Notes: generated from the sequence alone by a model not told the origin. 64,000 nucleotides of DNA from Candidatus Pelagisphaera sp. (GCA_051275055.1 JBNMOQ010000002.1:2056-66055); one strand, 5' to 3'; shown: positions 29,590-39,003, counted from the stretch's first letter. Translations and numbers: made by a program.

Positions 29590-30730
29590 CTACGTCCAAG
29601 CGTGATGGATACGATACAAACCCCCGCATCAACTGGTCATCCCCATACACCTCATTGCGAACCCGCTCTAGACGAATCGCCTGGGACAATTTCTCAATTC
29701 GCATACCTCGATACACCGGTTTTGCCTTATCATCTCCCAATAATACAGGAGCCCGGTAGTTGAAATGATAATCCAACTCTCGCATATGCAAAAGCTCGCT
29801 AGTCAGCTTGCTACCTCCTTCGAAATAGATCCCGTTAATGCCGACATCGTAGCATTTCTTCTTAAACTCCGAAAACGGTACTTTCATGTTTTCCGCCGGC
29901 AAGACCCACACATTCACTCCCTCAGTTTCCAAACGACGAATGTACCCGGTGCCAGCCGCATCTGTAGTGACCACGATCGTATTGTCGCGATAATCGTCCG
30001 TGTAAACCGAAGGCAAGTAACGCTCCATCGCCGTGCGCAATAACCCGTCCATAACGAACCTTACGCCACACCATTCTTCTTCACCGTCGATACGGCTCGT
30101 TAAACGTGGGCCATCCTTGATCACCGTTCCGGCTCCGACTCCAATCGCCGGAAATAAACGACGCCAATGCATCACGTTCTGCCGAGCCTCTTCGCCCGTA
30201 ATCCATTTCGACTCTCCCGTACGACAGGCGATTTTTCCGTCTAACGTGGTCGCGGATTTCGCCGCCAACATCGGAGAACGCTTGTTGACCCAGTGATTGA
30301 AAATCAGATTCAAATCCTCGCAGTCATCGGTCAAAATCCGGCGTTCCACCTGAATTCCCGATTCCTTCAACGCCTCTGCGCCTTTGTTCTCATGATCCGC
30401 TACAGGATCGCAGGCCCCAATCAATACATGTCGCACACCCGATTCGACGATCGCTTTAACACCGGAATCCAAACGATTTGAAGATGACCCGGGCTCGAGT
30501 GTCAAAAACAGACTCGCCTCGCCTACCGGCTTGCGTCCCAGCGACTCAAACAGACGCGTCTCCGGCCCTCTCGAACCCGATTGGGAGACATGTTCGCGAG
30601 CAACTATTTCCCCCTTTTCGACCAAAACTGCGCCGATCATTGGCTGCGGATGCGTCCGGCCCCACCCCTTACGCGCCTCGTCTAGAGCCGCTTTCATGAA
30701 GATTTCCTTTTCAGATTGTGTCATGGCCAT
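29564..30730 (-). CDS. ribD: RibD-like protein; reductase intact, deaminase Zn site degenerate
   Basis: Reductase motifs KSATTLDGK, SKWITG..AR, EGG..L; deaminase HAE replaced by GPE, EPC by EPG, PPC by DSG (checked in the DNA). Confidence 0.9.
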   Translation of the reverse strand: MAMTQSEKEIFMKAALDEARKGWGRTHPQPMIGAVLVEKGEIVAREHVSQSGSRGPETRLFESLGRKPVGEASLFLTLEPGSSSNRLDSGVKAIVESGVRHVLIGACDPVADHENKGAEALKESGIQVERRILTDDCEDLNLIFNHWVNKRSPMLAAKSATTLDGKIACRTGESKWITGEEARQNVMHWRRLFPAIGVGAGTVIKDGPRLTSRIDGEEEWCGVRFVMDGLLRTAMERYLPSVYTDDYRDNTIVVTTDAAGTGYIRRLETEGVNVWVLPAENMKVPFSEFKKKCYDVGINGIYFEGGSKLTSELLHMRELDYHFNYRAPVLLGDDKAKPVYRGMRIEKLSQAIRLERVRNEVYGDDQLMRGFVSYPSRLDVDETVFSNE

Positions 30731-30882
30731 ACGTAACGCGCTCGATTAGAACAGTTTTAATCGATCATACAATCCTCATCTTCAGTCACGCACGACGTTC
30801 AGCCTCTGCTGTCAAAATCGTAATTCCAATCTAAACTTCCGAGGCATTAACGTCCAAAACGAAACGCTAAGAAAACCACCCC

Positions 30883-31524
30883 CTATTGACCAGGAACAAC
30901 CGGATTCGTTTCGAACTCTTGCCCCACGGTCGTCTGAGGACCATGACCCGGGTAAACGATCGTTTCGGGATCCAAAGTATAGATCTGTTCCCTAATCGAC
31001 CGCTCCAAAGTCGGAAAATCTCCCCCTTTCAAATCCCACCTTCCAACACTACCAGCAAACAAGGCATCTCCAACGAAAGCCGCCTTGTGGGCAGCAAAAT
31101 GAAAAAGGACATTCCCAGGACAATGACCCGGCACATGCCGTATCTCAATCCTCTCGCCTAGCAACTCGATCACATCGCCCTGCTCAACCCAATGATCGAT
31201 CGTAACTGGCTCCAAGGTCATATCCGGTGGATACACATACGCTCTCATCACTTCTGGCGTTTCGTAGAATAACTGATCGTCCTTATGTCCATAAATCGGG
31301 CAACCCAGTTTCTGAATACGACTCGCCCCGCCCATGTGATCGTAATGCCCATGGGTCAACAGCAGAGCCTTCAATTCGCAACCTAGTTCTTTCAAAACGG
31401 GCTCCACTTCATCCCAAACAAAATGCGGAGCATCTATCAAAATCGATTCCTTTCGCTCCAAATTAGACAGCAAAAAAGCATTCGTTTGGATATAGCCCGC
31501 AGGAAAAACACGTAAGTCGATCAT
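30883..31524 (-). CDS. MBL-fold metallo-hydrolase (YcbL/glyoxalase II-like)
   Basis: THGHYDHMG, PGHCPG, GDALF, PGHG. Confidence 0.93.
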   Translation of the reverse strand: MIDLRVFPAGYIQTNAFLLSNLERKESILIDAPHFVWDEVEPVLKELGCELKALLLTHGHYDHMGGASRIQKLGCPIYGHKDDQLFYETPEVMRAYVYPPDMTLEPVTIDHWVEQGDVIELLGERIEIRHVPGHCPGNVLFHFAAHKAAFVGDALFAGSVGRWDLKGGDFPTLERSIREQIYTLDPETIVYPGHGPQTTVGQEFETNPVVPGQ

Positions 31525-31825
31525 TGTTCACCCATGACCCCCCGATTATTCTGAATCAAATAAAAAACCCCAATAGCCAGATTCGACCGCAAACACCCAA
31601 TTCCTAAGCGTTTCCAGAAATCCTATACCGTCCTTGGTATGAGAGGCATCCTTAGCCTCGACTTTCTAAAATCGTAAAGTAACTACGCAGGCCCTCTTAA
31701 TCCGTTCAGGTGGTCCAATACTCCAACTCATTCAACGCGAAAGTGGCCAGAATTCCATCTTCTCGACCCTCCAACTGCAGTTTGCGCTTTAAATGACGGC
31801 AGTTTTCCCCTCAATAGCCCCCCTC

Positions 31826-32923
31826 ATGCAAACGCTTAAATTCGCAGTTCTCCCCGGTGACTACATCGGACCAGAAGTAATGACCGTCGCACTCGACGTC
31901 CTCAAAGCCGCCACCGAGCCCGCAGGCATTACGCTCGACTACACCGAGGCCAACATCGGCGGCGCCGGAATCGACAACGAAGGCAAAGCCCTTCCCGACT
32001 CCACTATCAAGATCTGCGAAGATGCCGACGCCATCCTCTTCGGCTCCATCGGCGGTCCAAAATGGGAGACCCTTCCTCCAGCTGAGCAGCCCGAACGTGC
32101 CGCCTTGCTCCCCATCCGCAAACACTTCTCCCTTTTTGCCAACCTCCGTCCCGGACTCCTCTATCAAGAGCTCACCGATGCCTCCCCGCTCAAAACCGAG
32201 CGCATCCCCGAAGGCATCGACATTGTATGCGTACGCGAGCTCACCGGCGGCATCTACTTCGGGCCAAAGCGCACCGAGACGCTCCCCGACGGCGACATCC
32301 AAGCGACAGACGAGATGGTCTACAAAAAAAGCGAAATCGAACGCATCCTCGAAGTCGCCATCGCCTCCGCCAGATCCCGCTCCGGCAAAATCTGCTCCGT
32401 CGACAAAGCGAACGTCCTCACCACCTCTGTCCTCTGGCGCCAGACCGCCATTGAATACATCGGCAAGCACGCGCCCGAGATTGAACTCACCCACATGTAC
32501 GTCGACAACGCCGCCATGCAAATGGCCCGCGACCCCAATCAATTCGACGTCATCGTAACCGAGAACATGTTCGGCGACATCATTTCCGACGAAATGGGCA
32601 TCGTCTGCGGCAGCCTCGGTATGCTCTCCAGCGCGAGTCTCGGCACCGGCAAAAACCAATACGACCTCCCCTTCGGACTCTACGAGCCAAGTGGCGGCAC
32701 CGCTCCCGACATCGCAGGCAAAGGCATCGCCAACCCCTGTGCCCAAATTCTCAGCGCAGCTCTCATGCTCCGTTACAGCTTCGGCCTAAACGACATCGCC
32801 GAAAAGATCGAAGCCGCAGTCAAGCAAGCCGTCATGGACGGCAACCGCACCGGCGACATATCCTTCGGCCAAAAATCCATCGGCACCAAAGAAATGGCCG
32901 CCGCCGTCATCGAAAGACTGTAG
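31826..32923 (+). CDS. leuB: 3-isopropylmalate dehydrogenase
   Basis: PGDYIGPEV, RELTGGIYFG, DKANVL, NMFGDIISD, YEP..GTAPDIAGKGIANP. Confidence 0.97.
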   Translation: MQTLKFAVLPGDYIGPEVMTVALDVLKAATEPAGITLDYTEANIGGAGIDNEGKALPDSTIKICEDADAILFGSIGGPKWETLPPAEQPERAALLPIRKHFSLFANLRPGLLYQELTDASPLKTERIPEGIDIVCVRELTGGIYFGPKRTETLPDGDIQATDEMVYKKSEIERILEVAIASARSRSGKICSVDKANVLTTSVLWRQTAIEYIGKHAPEIELTHMYVDNAAMQMARDPNQFDVIVTENMFGDIISDEMGIVCGSLGMLSSASLGTGKNQYDLPFGLYEPSGGTAPDIAGKGIANPCAQILSAALMLRYSFGLNDIAEKIEAAVKQAVMDGNRTGDISFGQKSIGTKEMAAAVIERL

Positions 32924-32924
32924 A

Positions 32925-32958
32925 TTTTTCGCCCACGAAGAACACAAAGTTCACAAAG
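32925..32958 (+). repeat. Left arm: TTTTTCGCC plus three CACRAAG units at 9-nt period
   Basis: TTTTTC GCC CACGAAG AA CACAAAG TT CACAAAG. Confidence 0.85.
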
Positions 32959-32965
32959 TAATTCG

Positions 32966-33341
32966 ATGGAGATTCTATTCAAAGACGAGTGCTACAAACT
33001 CATCGGAACCGCCATTGAAGTCCAACGTGAACTAGGCAACGGACTCCTCGAGCCTATCTACCAAGAAGCGCTCGAACGAGAACTCGCCTTTCAGAAAATT
33101 CCTTTTGAAGCCCAGCCACTTCTGAAAGTTTTCTACAAAGGAGTCCCTCTCGACAAAAAATACTACGCGGATATTATCGCCTACAAAGAAATCATCATAG
33201 AGCTCAAAGCTCCTCCCACGGCTTACTAGCAAAGAAGAGTCACAACTCCTCAACTACCTTAAAGCCTCAAAACTAAGACTAGGTCTCCTAATAAATTTCG
33301 GGTCACCCGCTCCACTCGAATGGAAGCGTATCATAAACTGA
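32966..33341 (+). pseudogene. GxxExxY protein (PD-(D/E)xK nuclease family) with a one-base frameshift
   Basis: GLLEPIY, ADII...IELKA; one extra base near 33209-33221, after which the other frame reads LTSKEESQLLNYLKASKLRLGLLINFG...KRIIN-stop. Confidence 0.88.
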
Positions 33342-33356
33342 AAACATCTTCCCATC

Positions 33357-33390
33357 CTTCGTGATCTTCGTGCCCTTCGTGGGCAAAAAA
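33357..33390 (-). repeat. Right arm: inverted copy with three CACGAAG units
   Basis: Reverse complement TTTTTT GCC CACGAAG GG CACGAAG AT CACGAAG. Confidence 0.85.
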
Positions 33391-33409
33391 GCACAAGCCC
33401 ATCCTCTCC

Positions 33410-36058
33410 ATGACTTCCGACCAAATTCGCCAATCCTTCCTAGACTTCTTCAAGTCTAAACAGCACTCCATCGTCCCATCCGCATCCCTAATGCCGGATG
33501 CCCCCAACCTGCTGTTCACAAACGCGGGTATGAATCAGTTCGTCCCCTACTTCCTCGGAGACCGCGAAGCTCCCTACCCACGCGCAGCAGACACCCAAAA
33601 GTGCATTCGCGCTGGCGGCAAACACAACGACCTCGAAGACGTTGGCCTCGACACTTATCACCACACCTTCTTCGAGATGCTCGGCAACTGGTCCTTCGGC
33701 GACTATTTCAAAAAAGAAGCCATCGAGTGGGCCTGGGAACTCATCACCGAAGTCTGGAAATTCCCGATCGAACGCCTCTACGCCTCCGTCTACAAACCCG
33801 GCGAAGGCGACCCCGCCGACTTCGACCAAGAAGCCTACGATTTCTGGAAAGCCATCTTCGAAAAAGCCGGCCTCGATCCCGACGTCCACATTGTCTACGG
33901 CAACAAAGCCGACAATTTCTGGATGATGGGCGACACAGGTCCTTGCGGACCCTGCTCCGAGCTCCACGTCGACCTCACTCCCAACGGCGACACCCAAGGC
34001 AAGCTCGTCAACGCCGACTCGCCCTACTGCATCGAAATCTGGAATCTCGTATTCATCCAATACAACGCGACACCAGGCGGAGATCTAGTCCCCCTCAAAG
34101 CCAAACACGTCGACACCGGCATGGGCTTCGAACGCGTCGCCGGCATCATGGCGACCTTCAAAAACTTCACCGACTTCTCGACTCCACCAAGTAACTACAA
34201 CTCGGATCTCTTCACTAGTATCTTTGCAGAGCTCGAAAAGCTCTCCGGACACAAGTACCAAAGAACCCTCCCCGAAGACCTCGACAACATCAGCGAAGTC
34301 GAGATGAAAGACGTTATCTTCCGCGTTCTCGCCGATCACGCTCGCTGCCTAGCCTGTTCCATCGCCGACGGCATTCTTCCCGGCAACGAAAGCCGCAACT
34401 ACGTCCTCCGCCGCATCCTCCGCCGCGCCGTCATGTACGGCCGCAAACTCGGCCTCAAGAACGGGTTTTTCGCTGACCTAGTCCCCAACGTAGTCGATCA
34501 ACTAGGACACGTATTTCCCGAGCTCGAGAAGCAAAAAAACATCATCCAAAAAATCATCAAAAGCGAAGAAGATTCCTTTGGAAGAACTCTTGATAGAGGC
34601 ATCCAGCTTTTCGAAAAAATCGTCGCAGATGAAAGTTCAATTTCAGGAATCAACGCATTCACTCTATACGACACCTACGGTTTCCCGCTCGATCTCACTG
34701 AGCTAATGGCCAAGCAACGCGGCATCACAGTCGATACTGCAGGCTTTAAGGTCGAAATGGAAAAGCAACGCGCCAAAGCCCGCGCATCCCAAAAGAAAAC
34801 AGACATCCTTGTATCCGATGGCGAATCTGGTGACGCCACAACATTCGTAGGGTTCGACGAACTCGAAGGCGAAGCCGAAGTTCTCGATGTCCTCAAAGGC
34901 AAAAACGGCGAGAGCTACCTCATCGCCAACCAAAGCCCCTTCTACGCCGAAATGGGCGGCCAAGTCGGCGACACAGGCTCTGCTCTCATTGACGGACAAG
35001 ACTACCGTATTCTGGATACAACCAAAGACGCGGCCGGTCGTTTCCTCCATAAGATCGAAGGCGAGCTCGGCAACATCAAAGGCAAGACCGCTTTTCTCTC
35101 CGTCGACGAAGAACGTCGTAAAGCTATCGAACGTCACCACTCCGCGACACACATACTCCACTACGCTCTCCGCGAAGTACTCGGAACCCACGTACGCCAA
35201 GCAGGATCCTACGTCGATCCCTCACGACTGCGCTTCGATTTTTCCCACTTCGAAGGCATCAAGCCCGAACAGCTCGCAGAAATTGAAAAAATCTGCAACG
35301 AACGCCTCCTAGAAAACGGCGAATGCAAATGGTTCGAAACGCCTTTCGATAACAAACCAGAAGAAGTCATCGCCTTCTTCGGCGACAAATACGGCGACGT
35401 CGTACGGGTAGTCGACATAGGCGGCTTCTCCAAGGAACTCTGCGGAGGCACTCACGTTCGAGCAACCGGCGAAATCGGCATAATCAAGATCGCATCCGAA
35501 TCAGGCATCGCAGCCGGCACCCGCCGCGTCGAAGCTATCGTCGGTCAATCTGCGTATCAGCATGTCAACGATATCGAAGCGACCATCGCTCAACTATCGA
35601 AAGACCTTTCAGTTCCAGCCGGCAAAATTGCCAAGAAGATCGATACAGTCTTAGCCCGCAACGCCGAACTCGAAAAGCAACTGAAAAGCTTCCAGCAAAA
35701 AGCTTCCGGCAATCTAGCTGAAGATCTTCTCAAGACCGCTCAAGAGACCAACGGTATCCAACTCATAAAAGCAGTTATCGATGCCGAGAACCCTAACGCT
35801 CTCCGCGGCCTAGGATCTCAAATATTCGGCAAGCTCGGTGAAGGCCTCGTAGTCCTAGGAGCCAACATCGGCGGCAAAGTAAGCGTAGTAGCGTTCTCCT
35901 CTCCAAGCTCGATCGCCGCAGGCCACAAAGCCGGCGACATAATACGAGACCTAACAGCGAAACTCGACGGCCGCGGCGGCGGCAAACCCGACTTCGCCAT
36001 GGGCGGTGGCTCCAACGCCGAAAAGCTAAAAGAAGTGATAGCCAGTTTTACCGTGTAG
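33410..36058 (+). CDS. alaS: Alanine--tRNA ligase
   Basis: LLFTNAGMNQF, HHTFFEMLGNWSFGDYFK, DTGMGFER, HSATHILH, ELCGGTHV, GGGKP. Confidence 0.99.
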   Translation: MTSDQIRQSFLDFFKSKQHSIVPSASLMPDAPNLLFTNAGMNQFVPYFLGDREAPYPRAADTQKCIRAGGKHNDLEDVGLDTYHHTFFEMLGNWSFGDYFKKEAIEWAWELITEVWKFPIERLYASVYKPGEGDPADFDQEAYDFWKAIFEKAGLDPDVHIVYGNKADNFWMMGDTGPCGPCSELHVDLTPNGDTQGKLVNADSPYCIEIWNLVFIQYNATPGGDLVPLKAKHVDTGMGFERVAGIMATFKNFTDFSTPPSNYNSDLFTSIFAELEKLSGHKYQRTLPEDLDNISEVEMKDVIFRVLADHARCLACSIADGILPGNESRNYVLRRILRRAVMYGRKLGLKNGFFADLVPNVVDQLGHVFPELEKQKNIIQKIIKSEEDSFGRTLDRGIQLFEKIVADESSISGINAFTLYDTYGFPLDLTELMAKQRGITVDTAGFKVEMEKQRAKARASQKKTDILVSDGESGDATTFVGFDELEGEAEVLDVLKGKNGESYLIANQSPFYAEMGGQVGDTGSALIDGQDYRILDTTKDAAGRFLHKIEGELGNIKGKTAFLSVDEERRKAIERHHSATHILHYALREVLGTHVRQAGSYVDPSRLRFDFSHFEGIKPEQLAEIEKICNERLLENGECKWFETPFDNKPEEVIAFFGDKYGDVVRVVDIGGFSKELCGGTHVRATGEIGIIKIASESGIAAGTRRVEAIVGQSAYQHVNDIEATIAQLSKDLSVPAGKIAKKIDTVLARNAELEKQLKSFQQKASGNLAEDLLKTAQETNGIQLIKAVIDAENPNALRGLGSQIFGKLGEGLVVLGANIGGKVSVVAFSSPSSIAAGHKAGDIIRDLTAKLDGRGGGKPDFAMGGGSNAEKLKEVIASFTV

Positions 36059-36068
36059 AAAAGCCATA

Positions 36069-36215
36069 GGTAGGGCGGCATCGCCGAGGCCGCAGCCTTG
36101 CCCACCCTCACTCACCTCACCAAATCACTCTCACGTTTTCTCCAACTTTAATACAAAAATTCGAAATCAACTCTTACTAAATCTAGTGCTGCGGCCTCGG
36201 CGATGCCGCCCTACC
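36069..36215. repeat. Two inverted 28-bp REPs (36069-36096 and 36188-36215) upstream of RAYT
   Basis: GGTAGGGCGGCATCGCCGAGGCCGCAGC and its exact reverse complement. Confidence 0.95.
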
Positions 36216-36232
36216 TGAATCGTTCCTGAACC

Positions 36233-36670
36233 ATGTTACCCAATCGCAAACGATTTCATCACACGCCACCTTCATGGATTCCCGACGCCTCCCTCTTCTT
36301 CATTACAATCTGCTGTAGCCAACGAGGCCACAACACCCTCGCCAAGCCCGAAATAGCCGAACCGCTTTTCGAAAGCGTCGCCTACCGCGAGCAACTTCAG
36401 CAATGGAACGTATCGCTCATCCTCCTCATGCCCGACCATCTCCACGCCTTCATCGCGTTTTCTCCCAACAAACCAATGGAGCAAACGATTGCAGCCTGGA
36501 AACGCTTCACCGCCAAAACACTACCCATAAATTGGCAAGACGGCTTCTTCGATCACCGCCTTCGCAGCCAAACCGAAACCAACGAAAAGTGATCCTACAT
36601 CCTCAATAACCCTGTACGCGCCAACCTCTGCCAATCCCCCGAATCCTGGCCCTACAAAAGCCCCAGGTAG
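36233..36670 (+). pseudogene. REP-associated tyrosine transposase (RAYT/TnpA-REP) with a premature TGA
   Basis: FFITIC, MPDHLH (HUH), WQDGFFDHRLR; TGA at 36590, then in-frame SYILNNPVRANL...WPY to TAG 36668. Confidence 0.92.
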
Positions 36671-36693
36671 GGCGGCATCGCCGAGGCCGCAGC
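36666..36693 (+). repeat. Third identical 28-bp REP, overlapping the RAYT natural stop
   Basis: GGTAGGGCGGCATCGCCGAGGCCGCAGC. Confidence 0.95.
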
Positions 36694-36721
36694 AACCATA
36701 ATTCGGCTCATATAGCTAACC

Positions 36722-37411
36722 CTAGACACTCTCAACCTCCTCCTTCGTCAACGCGCGATACTCCCCCACTGCCAACGCTGGATCCAACACGATCTCGCCC
36801 ATGCTCTCTCTATGCAGGGCCGTCACCTGGTTCCTAAATCGCCAGAACATTCGCTTCACCTGACGATATCGTCCCTCGTAAATCGTAAGACGCGCCTGTC
36901 TTTCTCCCAATATCTCCAACTGCGCCGATTGCGTCGTAATATCCTCATACTCCAGATACACGCCACTTTCGAACAGCTCCCCATACTCAAACGTGATAGG
37001 ATCCGCTGTATTCACCAAATACACCTTGGGCTTCTTCAATCTCGGTTCAGTAATTCGACGGGACCAATTTCCATCGTTCGTCAACAACAACAAACCAGTC
37101 GTATCCAAATCTAAGCGACCGCCAATGTGCAGTTTCTCTTCCCCTTGCGACTCGATCAACTCCATCACTGTTGGCAAATTCGAATCGCTCGTCGCACTCA
37201 AGTAGCCAGCCGGTTTATGAAGCATAAAATACAAAGCCTTCCGATCTTGCAGCGTAACGTCGTCCAGTTCCACGCGACAAAATTCCGTCACTTCCAATAG
37301 TCCATCCGTCACGATTTCCCCATGCACCTTCACACGCCCCTTCACCAACAAAAGACGAACCGCCTTTTTGCTCTGCTGGGTGTGATGCCCTATAAATCGA
37401 TCCAATCGCAT
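36722..37411 (-). CDS. RsuA-family pseudouridine synthase
   Basis: MRLDRF S4 start, KPAGY, GRLDLDTTGLLLLTNDG, EGRY.QVKRMF; start moved to 37411. Confidence 0.92.
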   Translation of the reverse strand: MRLDRFIGHHTQQSKKAVRLLLVKGRVKVHGEIVTDGLLEVTEFCRVELDDVTLQDRKALYFMLHKPAGYLSATSDSNLPTVMELIESQGEEKLHIGGRLDLDTTGLLLLTNDGNWSRRITEPRLKKPKVYLVNTADPITFEYGELFESGVYLEYEDITTQSAQLEILGERQARLTIYEGRYRQVKRMFWRFRNQVTALHRESMGEIVLDPALAVGEYRALTKEEVESV

Positions 37412-37535
37412 GAGATAAGGCTCGTAGAGCCTATGGGGCTCGAAAAAAGCTGACTCCATCGCCAGTAGCAAACCGATTGAGCAACTAGCCGCATTTTACC
37501 TTGAACTCAGCTTCTCCGTTCTCATCACTCAGCAA

Positions 37536-38399
37536 ATGGCGCTCACAATTAATGGATTCTCTATCAGCGACGAAGCGATTCAACGAGAAGTAGAGCGAAT
37601 CGCTCCCGAAGTTCAAAAGCAATTCCCCTGGTTCGATCAAACGGCTCTAAAACTACAAGCCGAAGACATGGCGAAGGATCGTTTCATCGAACACCGACTC
37701 CTATTCGAAGCTGCTCAAAAGCAAGTCCAAGATCTCCCAAGCGAAACGATCGACGCCGAATACAACAAAATCGCCAAAAAGCACGGCGGCGAAAACAAGT
37801 TTCTCAAAACCTTCAACATTGCCCTCGAGAACATAGTCCATGTGAAGCAAGAAATCGCCGACGATCTGCGATTCCAGAGCTTCCTAGACAATCTACGCCA
37901 ACAAGTAGCCGCGCCGACTGACGAAGAGCTCAAAGCCCGCTACAAAAAGGAAGAGGCCCAATTTAAGCACCCCGACCAGTACAAGGCTGCCCATATCGTA
38001 TTTCACACGAACGAAGGCCAAGACCCCGAGGAGGCAAAGCGCAAAATCGAAGACGCCAAACGGCGGCTCGACGAAGGTGGATCCTTCGAAGCAATTGCCG
38101 ATGAAGATTCCGACTGCCCTGGCAAGGGCGGCGATCTAGGTTGGTTTCCAGAAGGTCACATGGTCGAAGAATTCGAAAAAATCGTTTTCGAGCTAGAAAT
38201 TGGAGTGCTTAGCGACGTTTTCGAAACGCCATTCGGGTTTCATATCGCCCGTTTAGACGAAAAAAAGATCGGCGTCATCGAACCATTCGAAAAAGTCTCT
38301 CAATCAATCAAAGAGGTCATCGCCAACGAAAAGCGCGACACTCTCTTTAAGGAGCAACTCGACGCTTTAAAAGCCGACGCTACCATCGTCAGAGGATAA
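37536..38399 (+). CDS. Parvulin/PpiC-type peptidyl-prolyl isomerase with SurA-like N-domain
   Basis: AAHIV, FEAIA...SDCP.KGGDLGWF..G.MV.EF, ETPFGFHI. Confidence 0.92.
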   Translation: MALTINGFSISDEAIQREVERIAPEVQKQFPWFDQTALKLQAEDMAKDRFIEHRLLFEAAQKQVQDLPSETIDAEYNKIAKKHGGENKFLKTFNIALENIVHVKQEIADDLRFQSFLDNLRQQVAAPTDEELKARYKKEEAQFKHPDQYKAAHIVFHTNEGQDPEEAKRKIEDAKRRLDEGGSFEAIADEDSDCPGKGGDLGWFPEGHMVEEFEKIVFELEIGVLSDVFETPFGFHIARLDEKKIGVIEPFEKVSQSIKEVIANEKRDTLFKEQLDALKADATIVRG

Positions 38400-38533
38400 G
38401 ATTTTGCCCCTTCTTCAGGGGGTGTTCGATCGATTTAGCGAATAAATCGATTTGCGAGTGAATAAGTTACTTTGGCAGTACGTCCAAAGCGGCGAACTCC
38501 AAAACGTATTTCTAACAAGAAAGGACACAGACC

Positions 38534-38986
38534 ATGAAAAATCTATTCGTATTCGCGCTAATCGCATTAATCCTAGGATCCGCCACAGCCTCGACCGCCA
38601 AGGCCGACCGCGAAGGTAGAGCCCTAATCGGGGGAATCATCGGAGGACTGATAATCGGTTCGATTATCGATGATGACGACCACCGCCACCATCGCAGTCG
38701 CAGTCACGTATCAGTCAACCACAGCAGTAGCCACTACGGCAGCCATTGCGGATGCAGTGGTCATCACGATACGATTTCAGTCAAAACTTGGGTTAACGGA
38801 AATTGGTCGGTCCACTACGACAGCTACGGACATCGCCATCGCGATTGGCACCCAGGACACTATATTTACAGAAATGAGCGCGTGTGGGTAGCTCATAATC
38901 GCGGGTGCAGTTTCTACAGCAGCCCGAGTCGCGGAAACTATGGCCATCACGACGACTATCGGGGAAATAGTCGCCATCGCAGATAG
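38534..38986 (+). CDS. Secreted His/Gly-rich hypothetical protein
   Basis: RBS AAGGA, signal peptide, glycine-zipper segment LIGGIIGGLIIG, W..G.W-like repeats, many His. Confidence 0.8.
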   Translation: MKNLFVFALIALILGSATASTAKADREGRALIGGIIGGLIIGSIIDDDDHRHHRSRSHVSVNHSSSHYGSHCGCSGHHDTISVKTWVNGNWSVHYDSYGHRHRDWHPGHYIYRNERVWVAHNRGCSFYSSPSRGNYGHHDDYRGNSRHRR

Positions 38987-39003
38987 TCCATAGGAGGGAA
39001 GAA

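Larger units (their letters stand above)
32925..33390 (+). mobile_element. Putative GxxExxY element (nuclease gene between inverted tandem-repeat arms)
   Basis: Arms are 28/34 identical as inverted repeats and enclose only the nuclease gene; mobility is inferred, no target duplication seen. Confidence 0.45.

Noticed and set aside
31525-31825. Leucine attenuator upstream of leuB
   Set aside because: No Leu-rich leader peptide or terminator/antiterminator pair found
36590-36592. TGA reassigned to Trp or Sec in RAYT
   Set aside because: TGA terminates ordinary genes here (e.g. mutS, glmM-adjacent genes' neighbours such as rluA); no SECIS-like hairpin recognised
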